Shown: positions 1-9,981 of the stretch, piece by piece
Position numbering within the stretch: position 1 is the first letter of the stretch
Layout: every line of letters begins with the position of its first letter
Assembly (NCBI GenBank): GCA_963702435.1
Contig: CAVPCR010000002.1
Coordinates: 576,001-640,000, forward strand
DNA: 64,000 bases
Origin: Candidatus Eiseniibacteriota bacterium
GTDB taxonomy: Bacteria; Eisenbacteria; RBG-16-71-46; CAVPCR01
Direction: 5' to 3'
Position numbers and translations under genes: made by a program
Notes under the pieces: generated by a model
Told to the model about the DNA's origin: nothing
The model's database searches: none
What the model saw: the letters and a program-made list of their open reading frames with translations, nothing else

Positions 1-686
1 CGTGGTCGAGGTGACGATGTGCGCGTGCGGGACCGGGCTCGGATGCTCGCCGGCGGCGACCAGACCCGAGATGTGGGCCATGTCGGCCAGGAGGACCGCC
101 CCCACCTCGTCGGCGATCGAGCGCAGGCGCGGAAAGTCGAGCACGCGCGGGTAGGCGCTCGCGCCGGCGACGATCATCTTGGGCTTGCACCTCGCGGGCC
201 TGCTTCTCGAGCGCGTCGTAGTCGATGCGCCCGGTCTCCGCCGTCACGCCGTAGTGGCTGAAGCTGAAGAAGCGCCCGGAGAAGTTGACGTCGTGGCCGT
301 GGGTCAGGTGCCCGCCGTGCGCGAGGTTCATGCCGAGGATCGTGTCGCCGGGCTCGAGGAGGGCGAAGTAGGCGATCAGGTTGGCCGAGGAGCCGGAGTG
401 CGGCTGCACGTTGGCATGCGCGGCGCCGAAGAGCTTCTTCGCCCGCTCGAGCGCCAGCTCCTCCGCCCGATCGACGAACTCGCACCCGCCGTAGTAGCGC
501 TTGGCGGGATAGCCCTCGGCGTACTTGTTGGTGAGCACCGAGCCCACCGCCTCGAGCACGGCGGGGCTGGGTGAAGTTCTCCGAGGCGATCATCTCGAGC
601 GTGTCGCGCTGGCGGGCGAGCTCGCCGCGGAGGACGGCGGCGATCTCGGGATCGACGGCTTCGAGGGCCGGATTGTGATCGAGCAT
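1..686 (-). CDS. glyA: Serine hydroxymethyltransferase, runs off the window; 1-nt frameshift near 570 is probably a sequencing indel
   Basis: [15 protein letters not shown]...[10 protein letters not shown], then in the shifted frame [30 protein letters not shown]...NVQPHSG...GGHLTHG...[13 protein letters not shown]; extra C in ACC-C-AGC. Confidence 0.95.
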
Positions 687-709
687 GACGCTGGCTCCCT
701 GTGTTGGCG

Positions 710-1213
710 CTAGCTCCGCTGCTCGCGCGCCACCCGCGCCTCGAGATGAGGCAGGATGCGCGCGAGATGGAGCTCGATGCGGCGGAGACAATCGGCGTAG
801 ATCTCCGGCGAGCCGCCCATCGGGTCATGAATGCCCTCGGGTTCGGCGCCGGGTGCAGCAGCGAACTCGCTCAGGAGGAAGATGCGCGCGCTCGCCGCCG
901 GAGCGAGGCGCCGGGCGGCGGCCACGTGCTCCTCTTCCATCCCGAAGACGAGATCAGCACCGCTCACGAGACGTGCGGTGAGCGGTTGCGAGCGATGAGC
1001 GCCGAGATCGAGCCCCCGGGCGGCTCCGGCGGCGATCGCCGCCCGGGTGGCCGGGCTCACGCCGTCGGCCGCGATGCCGGCCGAAGCGACCCTAGACCGC
1101 GCGGCGAGCTCGGGGCTGAGGAGCTGCTTCAGCAGCGCCTCCGCCAGCGGGCTCCGGCAGGTGTTGCCCGTGCACACGAAGAGCACGCTGAAGGGCCGAT
1201 CAAGCGGGTTCAC
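710..1213 (-). CDS. Low-molecular-weight protein phosphatase (YwlE-type, possibly protein-arginine phosphatase)
   Basis: P-loop FVCTGNTCRSPLAE and downstream DP motif (IHDPMGG). Confidence 0.9.
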   Translation of the reverse strand: MNPLDRPFSVLFVCTGNTCRSPLAEALLKQLLSPELAARSRVASAGIAADGVSPATRAAIAAGAARGLDLGAHRSQPLTARLVSGADLVFGMEEEHVAAARRLAPAASARIFLLSEFAAAPGAEPEGIHDPMGGSPEIYADCLRRIELHLARILPHLEARVAREQRS

Positions 1214-1244
1214 GGCGGGATGCTACGGCCGCCCGCGACGAGTG

Positions 1245-1886
1245 TCAAGATTCGCGGCCGCGCGGACGCACGAGACGCGCGAGTCGCTCGAGATCCACGC
1301 GCGCTGCGCCGGCGCGCACGAGCGCCGGCGGATCCGCCGTGAGATCGATGATGGTCGAGGGCTGCCCGCCCGTGAGCACACCGCCGTCGGCGAGGACATC
1401 GATGGCGGCGCCGAACGTGCCGGCGATGAGGTCCGGATCGTCGAGCGGTCGTTCGCCCTGACGATTGACCGAGGTCGAGATGATCGGTACACCGATCGCG
1501 GCGATGAGCGCGGTGAGGCGCCGATCGCGCGGCCAGCGCACGGCGACCGTGCCCGCCGGGCCGCGAAGGAGCGGCGGGAGATCGGGCCGGGCGCGGAGAA
1601 GGAACGTCACCGGACCCGGCCAGATGCCATCGAGCGCCGCCGCCGGCGGCGGCTCCCCCGTGAGGAGCGCGAGGGCGCGCCGCTCGCCGATCAAGAGGAG
1701 GAACGGCGCGCTGTCCGCGCGGCCCTTGAGCGCTGCGATGCGCGCGATCGCCGCCGGATGGTCGTAGCGCGCGGAGAATCCGTAGAGCGTGTCGGTGGGC
1801 AGGACGGCGACCCCGCCCGCGCGGATCGTGTCCGCCAGCGCGACGAGCCCCGCCTCCTCCCCGCTCGCCAGCGCGAGACGCAGCAT
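1245..1886 (-). CDS. tsaC: L-threonylcarbamoyladenylate synthase (TsaC/YrdC/Sua5 family, short form)
   Basis: PTDTLYG, KGR, WPGPVT, STSVN and PSTIID motifs; start could be 1916. Confidence 0.88.
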   Translation of the reverse strand: MLRLALASGEEAGLVALADTIRAGGVAVLPTDTLYGFSARYDHPAAIARIAALKGRADSAPFLLLIGERRALALLTGEPPPAAALDGIWPGPVTFLLRARPDLPPLLRGPAGTVAVRWPRDRRLTALIAAIGVPIISTSVNRQGERPLDDPDLIAGTFGAAIDVLADGGVLTGGQPSTIIDLTADPPALVRAGAARVDLERLARLVRPRGRES

Positions 1887-1912
1887 CGGGCGCCCTCGAG
1901 GTGATCCGGACG

Positions 1913-2395
1913 TCACACCGCGCCGCCGACTCCCGACTGCAGCTCCGCGCTGAACCGCTCGAGTCGCTCGGCGATCACCGGATCGGCGAGCGCCAGGAGC
2001 CGCGCCGTGAAGATGGCCGCGTTCCGCGCCCCCGCCTTGCCGATGGCCATGGTCGCCACCGGGACGCCGGCCGGCATCTGCACGGTCGAGAGGAGCGAGT
2101 CGAGACCGAGGAGCGAGGAACCGGGGAGCGGCACGCCGATCACCGGCAGGTTCGTGTGCGAGGCGACCACGCCGCCGAGATGAGCGGCCATGCCGGCGCC
2201 GGCGATCAGCACCTTGAGCCCGCGGGCGGCCGCCTCTTTCGCGTAGCGCGCGGTCCGCTCCGGATTCCGGTGCGCCGACATGACGTGCACCTCGTACGGA
2301 ATGCCGAAGCGATCGAGATACTCGCCCGCCGCGGCCATCACCTCGCGATCGGACTCCGAGCCGAAGACCACTCCAACAGTGGGCTTGTCCGCCAC
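1913..2395 (-). CDS. purE: N5-CAIR mutase
   Basis: GSESD, SAHRNP, IAGAGMAAHLGG, PVIGVP, STVQMPAGVPVATMAIG. Confidence 0.96.
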   Translation of the reverse strand: MADKPTVGVVFGSESDREVMAAAGEYLDRFGIPYEVHVMSAHRNPERTARYAKEAAARGLKVLIAGAGMAAHLGGVVASHTNLPVIGVPLPGSSLLGLDSLLSTVQMPAGVPVATMAIGKAGARNAAIFTARLLALADPVIAERLERFSAELQSGVGGAV

Positions 2396-2422
2396 GTCTG
2401 CTCTCCCTTCGGCGCCCGCGTC

Positions 2423-3718
2423 CTAGCGGCGGGCGAGTGCTTTCTGGCCGATGTCGCGACGCATCTGCATGCCGTCGAACGCAATCGCGTCGGCGGCGCG
2501 ATAGGCGCGGGCGAGCGCGCTGGCGAGGTCCGCGCCGACACCGGTGACGCCAAGCACGCGCCCGCCGGCGGTCACCAGATCCTCGCCCACCTGCCTGGTG
2601 CCCGCATGGAAGACCACCACGCTACCTGAGGCGTCGCGGGCGGCGAGGCCGCGGATCGGGGCGCCGATCCGCGGCGCGTCCGGATAGCCCGGCGCGGCGA
2701 GCACGACGCAGGCCGCCGCCTGCGCCGCCGGCGCGGGCGGCGCGAGCGTCGCGCCGGCGGGCAAGGCCCCGCGGGCCGCGGCGAGGACCAGCGCGCCGAA
2801 GCCGTCCCCGACGAGCGGCAGCACCGCCTGCGCCTCCGGATCGCCGAGCCGTGCATTGTACTCGACCACACGCGGCACTCCGTTCTCGATCATCAGACCG
2901 ACGTAGAGGAACCCGCGGTACGGCGTCCCCAGCTCGCGGAGCCCGGCGAGCGTGGGCTCGACGATGGTCGCGAGCGCGCGCGCGAGGAGCGCGCGATCGA
3001 GGACCACCGACGGCGCGAAGGCGCCCATGCCGCCCGTGTTCGGTCCCGTGTCACCGTCGCCGAGCCGCTTGTGGTCCTCCGCCGTGGGCAGGACGACGTA
3101 GCGCTCGCCGTCGGTGAGGAGGAAGAGGCTCGCCTCCTCCCCCGTCATGCGGCGCTCGATGAGCACGCGACGGCCGGCGTCGCCGAAGACACCGTCGCGC
3201 ATCATGCGATCGACCGCGGCCAGCGCCTCGCTCTCCGACTCGGCGACGACCACGCCCTTCCCGGCGGCGAGGCCGTCCGCCTTGATCACGATCGGCGTCC
3301 CGACCGCGCGCACGTGGGCGACGGCGGCGCCGGCCTCGGTGAAGACCTGCGCCTCCGCGGTGGGGATGCCGAGCGCGCGCATGAACTCCTTGGCGAACGC
3401 TTTCGACCCCTCGAGCCGGGCGGCGGCCGCCGACGGCCCGGCAACCGGGATGCCGGCCGCGTGGAGGCGGTCGGCGAGACCGGCGACGAGCGGCGCTTCC
3501 GGACCGACCACGACGAGATCGACGGCCTCCTCGCGCGCCGCGCCGAGCAGGCCGTCGACATCGGTGGCCGCGATCGCGAGACAGCGCGCATGCGCGGCGA
3601 TCCCCGGGTTCCCGGGCGCGGCGAGGAGCTGGCCGATGGCAGGATCGCCGGCAAGCCGCCAGGCGAGCGCGTGCTCGCGGGCGCCGCCGCCGACCAGGAG
3701 CGTTTTCACCGGAGTCAT
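2423..3718 (-). CDS. purD: Phosphoribosylamine-glycine ligase
   Basis: GGGAREHAL, VVGPEAPL, LEGSKAFAK, KADGLAAGKGV, DHKR..DGDTGPNTGGMGA, EYNARLGDPE, GGRVL. Confidence 0.97.
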   Translation of the reverse strand: MTPVKTLLVGGGAREHALAWRLAGDPAIGQLLAAPGNPGIAAHARCLAIAATDVDGLLGAAREEAVDLVVVGPEAPLVAGLADRLHAAGIPVAGPSAAAARLEGSKAFAKEFMRALGIPTAEAQVFTEAGAAVAHVRAVGTPIVIKADGLAAGKGVVVAESESEALAAVDRMMRDGVFGDAGRRVLIERRMTGEEASLFLLTDGERYVVLPTAEDHKRLGDGDTGPNTGGMGAFAPSVVLDRALLARALATIVEPTLAGLRELGTPYRGFLYVGLMIENGVPRVVEYNARLGDPEAQAVLPLVGDGFGALVLAAARGALPAGATLAPPAPAAQAAACVVLAAPGYPDAPRIGAPIRGLAARDASGSVVVFHAGTRQVGEDLVTAGGRVLGVTGVGADLASALARAYRAADAIAFDGMQMRRDIGQKALARR

Positions 3719-3900
3719 CCTGGACTGGGGGTGGACGGGTGCGGGTCCTTCAGGTGGCGGGAAGCCTAACGCGCGCCGGCCTTCCCCGCAAGCGCACGCA
3801 AGCGAACCGGCGCGTCACCTCCTCGGGTGACGCGCCGGTCGCTTGCAGCCGCCGGGCCGGTGCCGCCCGGATGGGACCTTCCGGCCCGCTCGATCCTCGC

Positions 3901-5730
3901 CTACCCCACGATGCGCGGGGTGATGAAGATCATGAGCTCGCGCTTCTGCTTGACCGTGCTCGTCGAGCTGAAGAGCCAGCCGAGGCCTGGAATGTCCTTG
4001 AGCCACGGAATCCCACGCACTGCCGTCCCCTCGTTCTCTCGAATGAGGCCACCGATCACCGCCGTTTCACCATCGTTCACGAGCACGCGGGTGTCGGCCT
4101 CTGCCGTGTTGATGATGATCCCACCCTGGACCGTCGACTGCGACGAGAGGTCGGACACCTCTGGATGAACGTCGAGCTCAATCTGGCGATCCGAGTTGAT
4201 GTGCGGCTTCACGCTGAGCTTGATCCCGATCTGCTTGAGCTGGACCACGGTATTGAAAGCCTGGTCCTGCACGATGAGCGGGATTTCCTGCCCGACGATG
4301 ATGGCCGCTTCGCGGTTGTTCACTGTAGTGATGCGGGGGTTCGAGATGATGTTGGCGTCGCGGTCGTCGGCGAGGGCCTGCAGCACCATGTCGAGCGTCC
4401 AGTTCGGACGGAGAACGCCGACGTTCAACTCGCCCGCAGCTCCGGCGATCGGGTTGTTCGAGTCGAAGCTCTGCGCCCGACCTAGATCACCGGCGCCGTC
4501 CTCGGTGATGGTCAGATTCCAGTCGATGCCCAGGTCGGTCGAGCTGCTCACGTCGATGTCAACGATCTTCGACTCGATCTGCACCTGCGGAGTCCTGGTG
4601 TCGAGCTGACCGATCAGCGCCTCGGCCGCCCGCACCCGCTCGCCGATGTCAGTGATGATGATCGAGTTGGTGCGCAAGTCGATCTCGGCGTGGCCGCGCG
4701 GCGTCCACAGCTTCTCGACCGAGGTCTTCATCTCGTCGGCCTTGGCGAAGTTCAAGGGGATGACGCGCGTCTCGAGCGGGAGCAGCTCCTCGGCTTTGCG
4801 CTCGGCGGTCTGGTGGTCGACCTGCTCCTTGCGCAGCTGATCGAGCGACGCGATGCGCAGGACGCCCTCCTCATCAGTGAAGCCGAGGCCACGAGTCATG
4901 AGAACCATGTCGAGGGCCTGCGGCCACGGTACGTCCTCCAGGCGGACGGTGACGTCGCCACTCACCTGCTCGTTCGAAACGATGTTCTTGCCAGCGATCT
5001 CGGCCAGCGTGCGCAGCACTGTCTGGATCGAAGCCCGCTGCACGTCGAGCGTGACTTTCTTCTCCTGGCCGGGCCGATCCTCGAGGCGGGCACTGCCGGA
5101 GAGCTCGTAGCCAGGGGTGTGCACCTCTTTGTACTCGCCCCTGGGCTCGATGACAAAAAGGGGCTTGCCGGACTTGCCGGCTGCCGCTGGGACCGCCGCC
5201 GGACCCTGCGAATGGCCATCGGGCTCGGCCCGGATCTCCGCCGCGGCCAGGAGCGGTCCCTCCGCCACGGCGGGCTCCTGGACGAGACGACTCTCGTCAT
5301 AGCCGAGACCATCGGCGGAACTGCCCGGATCGAGCACTACGATGAGCCCGTTCGGACGGGAAGCAATCGAGTAGGCCGAGCTGCCGGTGAGCTCGAAAAC
5401 GATCCGGCTCACGCTGGTCCCGTCCTCCGCAGTTCGCTCCGACGTCGAGACCGAGCGCACGCAGCTTCCCGTTGACTTGAAGTCCAGCCGTGGCGGGAGG
5501 AGGCTCGTCGCTCCCAGGAAGTCGATGACCAAGCGCTCCGGATTGGGGAGTATGAAGTCCTCGTAGCGCATGGGACCGTCGGTCTCGAGGGTGAGCTGGG
5601 TCATGCTGCCTCGTTCCTCGACGCCGACGTGCTTCACGACCGCTGCAGTGGCCGCGGAGCCGGCGAGAATCTGGGCGGCAATGAGGATCGCCGGCAGTAG
5701 GAGCTGGCGAGCCGGACGATTCTGGTTCAT
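3901..5730 (-). CDS. pilQ: Type IV pilus secretin with N-terminal AMIN-like domain
   Basis: Signal peptide, NPERLVIDF (AMIN-like), VTVRLEDVPWPQALD, secretin C-terminus (GETAVIGGL, GIPWLKDIPGLGWLF, ELMIFITPRIV); last gene of pilMNOPQ. Confidence 0.95.
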   Translation of the reverse strand: MNQNRPARQLLLPAILIAAQILAGSAATAAVVKHVGVEERGSMTQLTLETDGPMRYEDFILPNPERLVIDFLGATSLLPPRLDFKSTGSCVRSVSTSERTAEDGTSVSRIVFELTGSSAYSIASRPNGLIVVLDPGSSADGLGYDESRLVQEPAVAEGPLLAAAEIRAEPDGHSQGPAAVPAAAGKSGKPLFVIEPRGEYKEVHTPGYELSGSARLEDRPGQEKKVTLDVQRASIQTVLRTLAEIAGKNIVSNEQVSGDVTVRLEDVPWPQALDMVLMTRGLGFTDEEGVLRIASLDQLRKEQVDHQTAERKAEELLPLETRVIPLNFAKADEMKTSVEKLWTPRGHAEIDLRTNSIIITDIGERVRAAEALIGQLDTRTPQVQIESKIVDIDVSSSTDLGIDWNLTITEDGAGDLGRAQSFDSNNPIAGAAGELNVGVLRPNWTLDMVLQALADDRDANIISNPRITTVNNREAAIIVGQEIPLIVQDQAFNTVVQLKQIGIKLSVKPHINSDRQIELDVHPEVSDLSSQSTVQGGIIINTAEADTRVLVNDGETAVIGGLIRENEGTAVRGIPWLKDIPGLGWLFSSTSTVKQKRELMIFITPRIVG

Positions 5731-5731
5731 G

Positions 5732-6472
5732 TTAGTCACCCTCGCGAATAGGAAGTTCAATGGTGATCGTGGTGGACTCGCCGGCCGAGGTCTGGAGGAA
5801 CGTCACCGAGTCGCGCTCGATGCGCAGCACCCTGCCACTGCGCACGGGATCACCCTCACGGAGGGCGCGCCCGAAGCCGCGGCTGTCCTCGACCATGGCG
5901 AAACGGTCGATCTCGTCCCAGGCAATGCCGACGAGCTTCATGTCGCCGACATCGACGAGCCCCACCTCTCCTGCGGACTCGAAGTCCCCGCTGACGAGCG
6001 AGGCGAATGGATCGCGCCGCCCGAGGGAAGCGTAGTAGTAGGGTTTGCGCACCCAGTGGGCCAGGCGGTCGGTGGGATCACCTTCCGGCTCCCCCCGGAC
6101 CACCTCCCCCCCCTCCGCACTCATCACCGATTCCTCGACCGCGGCATCCGTGGGTGCCATGACCTCGGCCCCGGCGAGCACGGACGCCGGCGATTGCGCC
6201 TTCTCGACCGCCGTCGCCGCGGACTTCGCCTTGGCAACCGCCGCCGCCGGCACGCTGGGTGAGATGGCCTGACCACGGACGTCCGACGTGGCTGCCGCGG
6301 GCTGCCCCGCGACTACACCAGACCCGGGGCCCACACCGGCCTTGACCACTGCGGGCTTCGTCGCGAGTCCACCGCTGCCCCGTCTGCTGTTCAACATCGT
6401 GGTGCCACCGACTGCCGCCGCGACGAGGAGAACGGCAGCCAGGATGGCTTTCTTGTTTCGCCAGGGCCTCAC
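5732..6472 (-). CDS. pilP: PilP-like pilus assembly protein
   Basis: RRDPFASL and MKLVGIAW motifs; lies between pilO and pilQ. Confidence 0.75.
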   Translation of the reverse strand: MRPWRNKKAILAAVLLVAAAVGGTTMLNSRRGSGGLATKPAVVKAGVGPGSGVVAGQPAAATSDVRGQAISPSVPAAAVAKAKSAATAVEKAQSPASVLAGAEVMAPTDAAVEESVMSAEGGEVVRGEPEGDPTDRLAHWVRKPYYYASLGRRDPFASLVSGDFESAGEVGLVDVGDMKLVGIAWDEIDRFAMVEDSRGFGRALREGDPVRSGRVLRIERDSVTFLQTSAGESTTITIELPIREGD

Positions 6473-7086
6473 TTCTTCCCCTCCGCGTTCTCGGACTCAG
6501 CCGCGGGCTTCGCCGCGTTCTCCTGGAACGCGTAGGCCTCAGCGGTGAACGACGCGACTACGGTGCGGTCGGGATTCTTCTCGTCCGCATCTGTCGTCGT
6601 CATGTTCAGGTTAGTGATGTTCACAATGCGATCAAGATTGGCGACCTCGGCCAGGAACCGCCCCACCTCGTGGTACCCGCCTTCCACGCGAAGCTGCGTC
6701 GGATAGGTGACGTAGAAGTCGCCAGCCTGTGGCGCGGCCGGCTGGAACAGGGCGAAATCGATGCCCGACTCCTGGCCGGCCAGGGTCACCTTGGTGAGAA
6801 GTCCGGCGATCTCCTTCGAGGTGGGAAGGAGCTCGGACATGATCTCCCAGCGCTCATGCACCTCGGCGCACTCGCGCTCGAGCGCCGGCATGTTAGCCAC
6901 CGCGGCGCGGGCCTTGGCGACGTCGCCCGAGAGATCGGCGAGCTCGGCCTCGACCAGGGCGGCCTCAGCAGCACGCGCCTTGTAGGTGAAAGGCACGTGC
7001 GTCGTGAAGAAGTAAGCGTAGATCACGCCAAGGCCCAGGACCGAGACCAGGATGATGCGCTGGGTGCGCGGTTCACGCAGATTCAT
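6469..7086 (-). CDS. pilO: Type IV pilus inner-membrane protein PilO
   Basis: N-terminal TM helix, coiled coil, LLPTSKEIAGLL, GGYHEVGRFLAEVANLDRIV. Confidence 0.9.
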   Translation of the reverse strand: MNLREPRTQRIILVSVLGLGVIYAYFFTTHVPFTYKARAAEAALVEAELADLSGDVAKARAAVANMPALERECAEVHERWEIMSELLPTSKEIAGLLTKVTLAGQESGIDFALFQPAAPQAGDFYVTYPTQLRVEGGYHEVGRFLAEVANLDRIVNITNLNMTTTDADEKNPDRTVVASFTAEAYAFQENAAKPAAESENAEGKK

Positions 7087-7150
7087 CGCTCACGCCCCGC
7101 TTGCGGTGATAGGTTCCTTGTCACAGATCGGAACGCCTAGCGCGCTCCGC

Positions 7151-7807
7151 CTAGGTGCCGGACTCGGTGGGGCCTGGCTCGTCGACAGCGACGGGGACGG
7201 CCCCGAAGGGCGCGGCCACGGCCTCGCCCGGCGCATCCGGAGTGGTCTGCCTTTGCGCGCTGATCGTGAAGTTGACGACGGCCCGGTTGTCGATGGTGCC
7301 GCGCTGGGCCACCACCAGATCGACCTGGTCGTAGTAGACCGAGCGCTCGAGCGTGCGGATCAGCTCGGCCACGAGCAGATTCGAGAATGTGACTCCGTTC
7401 AGGGCGATCGAGCCGTTCTGCTCGGAGAAGCCCGTGAGCCACATGTAGTCCGGGAGCCGCTTCGAGAGCTCGTCGGTGAGGCGCACGCGCGACAGGCGGT
7501 CCTGATCCAGGCTCTCGATCACAGCGAGGCGCTTGAGCGTGAGCTCGCGCTCGCGAGTGAGCTGATCGATGCGCTGGATCAGGGGCGCGAGCTCGATCGC
7601 TTCCGCCTTGAGCGCGGAGATCTCTCCGCGCAGATGGCGCAGGCGCACGGTCTGCAGGGTCGAGACCGCGGCCAGCGCGGCGACCAGGGCGCAGAAGATG
7701 ATGAACGGAGCGGCCGCCGAGATGCTCGGCAGCGCCATGCGCGGCTTCGCCGCATGCTCCGTCACCGGGAGCAAGTTGATCCGGATCATCCGTTCGGCGA
7801 TTTGCAT
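7151..7807 (-). CDS. pilN: Type IV pilus protein PilN
   Basis: MIRINLLP motif, TM helix, LPDYMWLT; start 7807 or 7789. Confidence 0.9.
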   Translation of the reverse strand: MQIAERMIRINLLPVTEHAAKPRMALPSISAAAPFIIFCALVAALAAVSTLQTVRLRHLRGEISALKAEAIELAPLIQRIDQLTRERELTLKRLAVIESLDQDRLSRVRLTDELSKRLPDYMWLTGFSEQNGSIALNGVTFSNLLVAELIRTLERSVYYDQVDLVVAQRGTIDNRAVVNFTISAQRQTTPDAPGEAVAAPFGAVPVAVDEPGPTESGT

Positions 7808-8865
7808 CAGTTGTTCACCTTCCGCAGAGCCAGTCCGACGGCCACCGAGTACTGGGGCGCCTGCGCGGCCCACTTCTCGGCATCGACGCGTGACGGATCG
7901 ATCTCGAGTCGCGCCAGCGGATCCACGACCTCGACCGCCACCTGCTGGCGCTCGGCCAGGAACTCGCGCAGGCCGGCAATGCTCGCGCCGCCGCCGGCGA
8001 TGAAGATGCGGGTCACGCCCTCGGCCTCGCCGGTCGACTTGAGGTAGGCCGCGGCGCGTTCGACCGCCGAGGCCAGATCCTCGAACACCTCGCCCACCGT
8101 GCCGGCGAGATCGATCTCGCCGTCGGCGGCCCCCGCCGTCCCGGTGAGGACACCCTCGGCCTCCTCCTGGCCGAGCGCGTACTTGCGCTTGAGCCCCTCG
8201 ATCAGGGTCGAGGTGCCGAGCGCGATGTCCTTGGTGTAGAGCGGCGCGCCGGCGCGCACGATGTTGAGGTTGGTCTCCTCGGCGCCCACGTTGATGAGCG
8301 CAGCGACTTCGTCATCGGCCATCTCGTAGTTGGCGAGGACCGCGTTCTGGAGCGCGAAGGCGTCGACGTCGATGACTTCCGGATTGAGACCGGCTTCGCG
8401 CACCAGGTCGGCGTGCGAGAGCACCATGTCCTTCTTGGCGGCGACCAGGAGCACCTCCATCTGCTTGGCGGAGGGCTCCGACTTGAGGATCTGGAAGTCG
8501 AGGGTGACGTCGTTGATGTCGTAGGGGATGTGCTGCTCCGCCTCCCACTGGATGGCCGTGCGCGCATCCTCCTGCTCGAGCCGGTCCATCCAGATCTTCT
8601 TGACGATGACCGCGCGGCCGCTGACCGCGGTCGCCACGCTCTTCGTCTTGATGCCTTCCTGCGCGAACAGGTTCTGGATGGCCTCGATCACCGCTTGCCG
8701 GTCGATGACCTCGGAATCGACGATCGCCTCGTTGAGGAGAGGGGCCTGCGCGAAGCGCACGAGCTTGGCTTCGCGGCCGTGGACCTCGAGTTCGACCAGC
8801 TTGACCGAGCTCGAACCGATGTCCAGGCCGATGACGGTCTGTTGCTTCCTCTGCCTGCCGAGCAT
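7807..8865 (-). CDS. pilM: Type IV pilus actin-like protein PilM
   Basis: IGLDIGSSSVKLVEL, EAEQHIPY, IDVDAFAL, IAGGGA, VAVGLALR. Confidence 0.95.
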   Translation of the reverse strand: MLGRQRKQQTVIGLDIGSSSVKLVELEVHGREAKLVRFAQAPLLNEAIVDSEVIDRQAVIEAIQNLFAQEGIKTKSVATAVSGRAVIVKKIWMDRLEQEDARTAIQWEAEQHIPYDINDVTLDFQILKSEPSAKQMEVLLVAAKKDMVLSHADLVREAGLNPEVIDVDAFALQNAVLANYEMADDEVAALINVGAEETNLNIVRAGAPLYTKDIALGTSTLIEGLKRKYALGQEEAEGVLTGTAGAADGEIDLAGTVGEVFEDLASAVERAAAYLKSTGEAEGVTRIFIAGGGASIAGLREFLAERQQVAVEVVDPLARLEIDPSRVDAEKWAAQAPQYSVAVGLALRKVNN

Positions 8866-8954
8866 CTCGGGGATCTCCGTGGGATCAGAGTGGCGTGGCG
8901 CAGCCGCACAGCGCGATAGCACCCGCTCGCATTGCGGGCGCCAGAGGCCTCTGG

Positions 8955-8970
8955 AGCAATGCACGTGCCA
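8955..8970 (-). promoter_or_regulatory. Sigma-54 -24/-12 promoter upstream of pilM
   Basis: Minus strand TGGCAC-GTGCA-TTGCT is a perfect match to TGGCAC-N5-TTGCW, about 90 bp upstream of pilM. Confidence 0.85.
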
Positions 8971-9156
8971 TGTTGCACGTCTTGGGTGGACCGCCCCGCC
9001 CGGGCTGGAAGTCGTTGTCCGAGCGCCCGGCGGAGCGGGTGGGCGGCCCCCGGAACAGCGGCGATCCGCTCTGGTACGGTCAGAATCCTCTGGCTGCGCT
9101 TGCACGATGCATTGAGGCGCGGCCAGTTCGCCCGCGCGGCCCGCCTGGCGTCCACG

Positions 9157-9981
9157 CTAGCTCCGGTTGCCGAAGAGCCCCCAGTACCAGGCGGCAACGG
9201 GCGGCCCGAAGAAAAGGACGAATACCCCGACCGGGGCGAGGAAGGAGCCGAAGGGCAGCGCGGTCTTCGTGGTGCCGCGCCCGCTCGCGATCAGGATGAC
9301 CCCTGCGAGCGAGCCGATCACGGAGGCGAGGAAGATGGTGAGGAAGACTCCGCCCAGGCCGAGGAAGGCGCCGAGGAGTGCGGCGAGTTTGACGTCGCCG
9401 AAACCGAGTCCCTCGACGCCGGTCGCCCGGCGATAACCCAGGGCGACGAGCCACAGACCGAGCGCGCCGCCGAGGGCGCCGCCGAGGGCACGCAGGGTGT
9501 GGGCGGGGAATGTCCCCGCCCCGGACGCGCTCACGAGTTCGAGCCCGAGCGCGGTACCGAGGCCGATCGTCACTCCGGGGAGCGTGATCGCGTCGGGTAT
9601 GATCTGCCAGTCGAGATCGATAAAGGTGACGGCAACGAGCGCGGCGCCGAAGGCGAAGTAGGCGAGCGCGCCCGGTCCGGCACCGAAGCGCACGAGCACC
9701 GCGAGCGCCAGGAGCCCCGTCAGGAGCTCGACCAGCGGATAGCGCCAGGCGATCGCCGCGCGGCAGCACCTGCAGCGACCGCGCAGCAACACGAACGAGA
9801 GGAGGGGCACCAGGTCGAACCACCGCAGCTGCGTCCGGCAATGCGGGCATGCGGAACGGCCATTCACGCCCTCGCCGCGCGGCAGGCGGTAGATGACCAC
9901 ATTCAAGAAACTACCGATCGCGATTCCGAAGAGGAAGACGAAGGCGAGGATGAGAACGGTCGGATCGGCCATGGCGATCAC
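9157..9981 (-). CDS. pilD: Prepilin peptidase
   Basis: GSFLNVVIYRLP, CPHC/CRCC zinc cysteines, FIDLD, GFGDVKL, LPFGSFLA. Confidence 0.95.
   Translation of the reverse strand: MIAMADPTVLILAFVFLFGIAIGSFLNVVIYRLPRGEGVNGRSACPHCRTQLRWFDLVPLLSFVLLRGRCRCCRAAIAWRYPLVELLTGLLALAVLVRFGAGPGALAYFAFGAALVAVTFIDLDWQIIPDAITLPGVTIGLGTALGLELVSASGAGTFPAHTLRALGGALGGALGLWLVALGYRRATGVEGLGFGDVKLAALLGAFLGLGGVFLTIFLASVIGSLAGVILIASGRGTTKTALPFGSFLAPVGVFVLFFGPPVAAWYWGLFGNRS

Noticed and set aside
1..686. glyA as a true pseudogene or programmed frameshift
   Set aside because: A single extra C in a short homopolymer, with well-conserved sequence on both sides, is better explained by sequencing error
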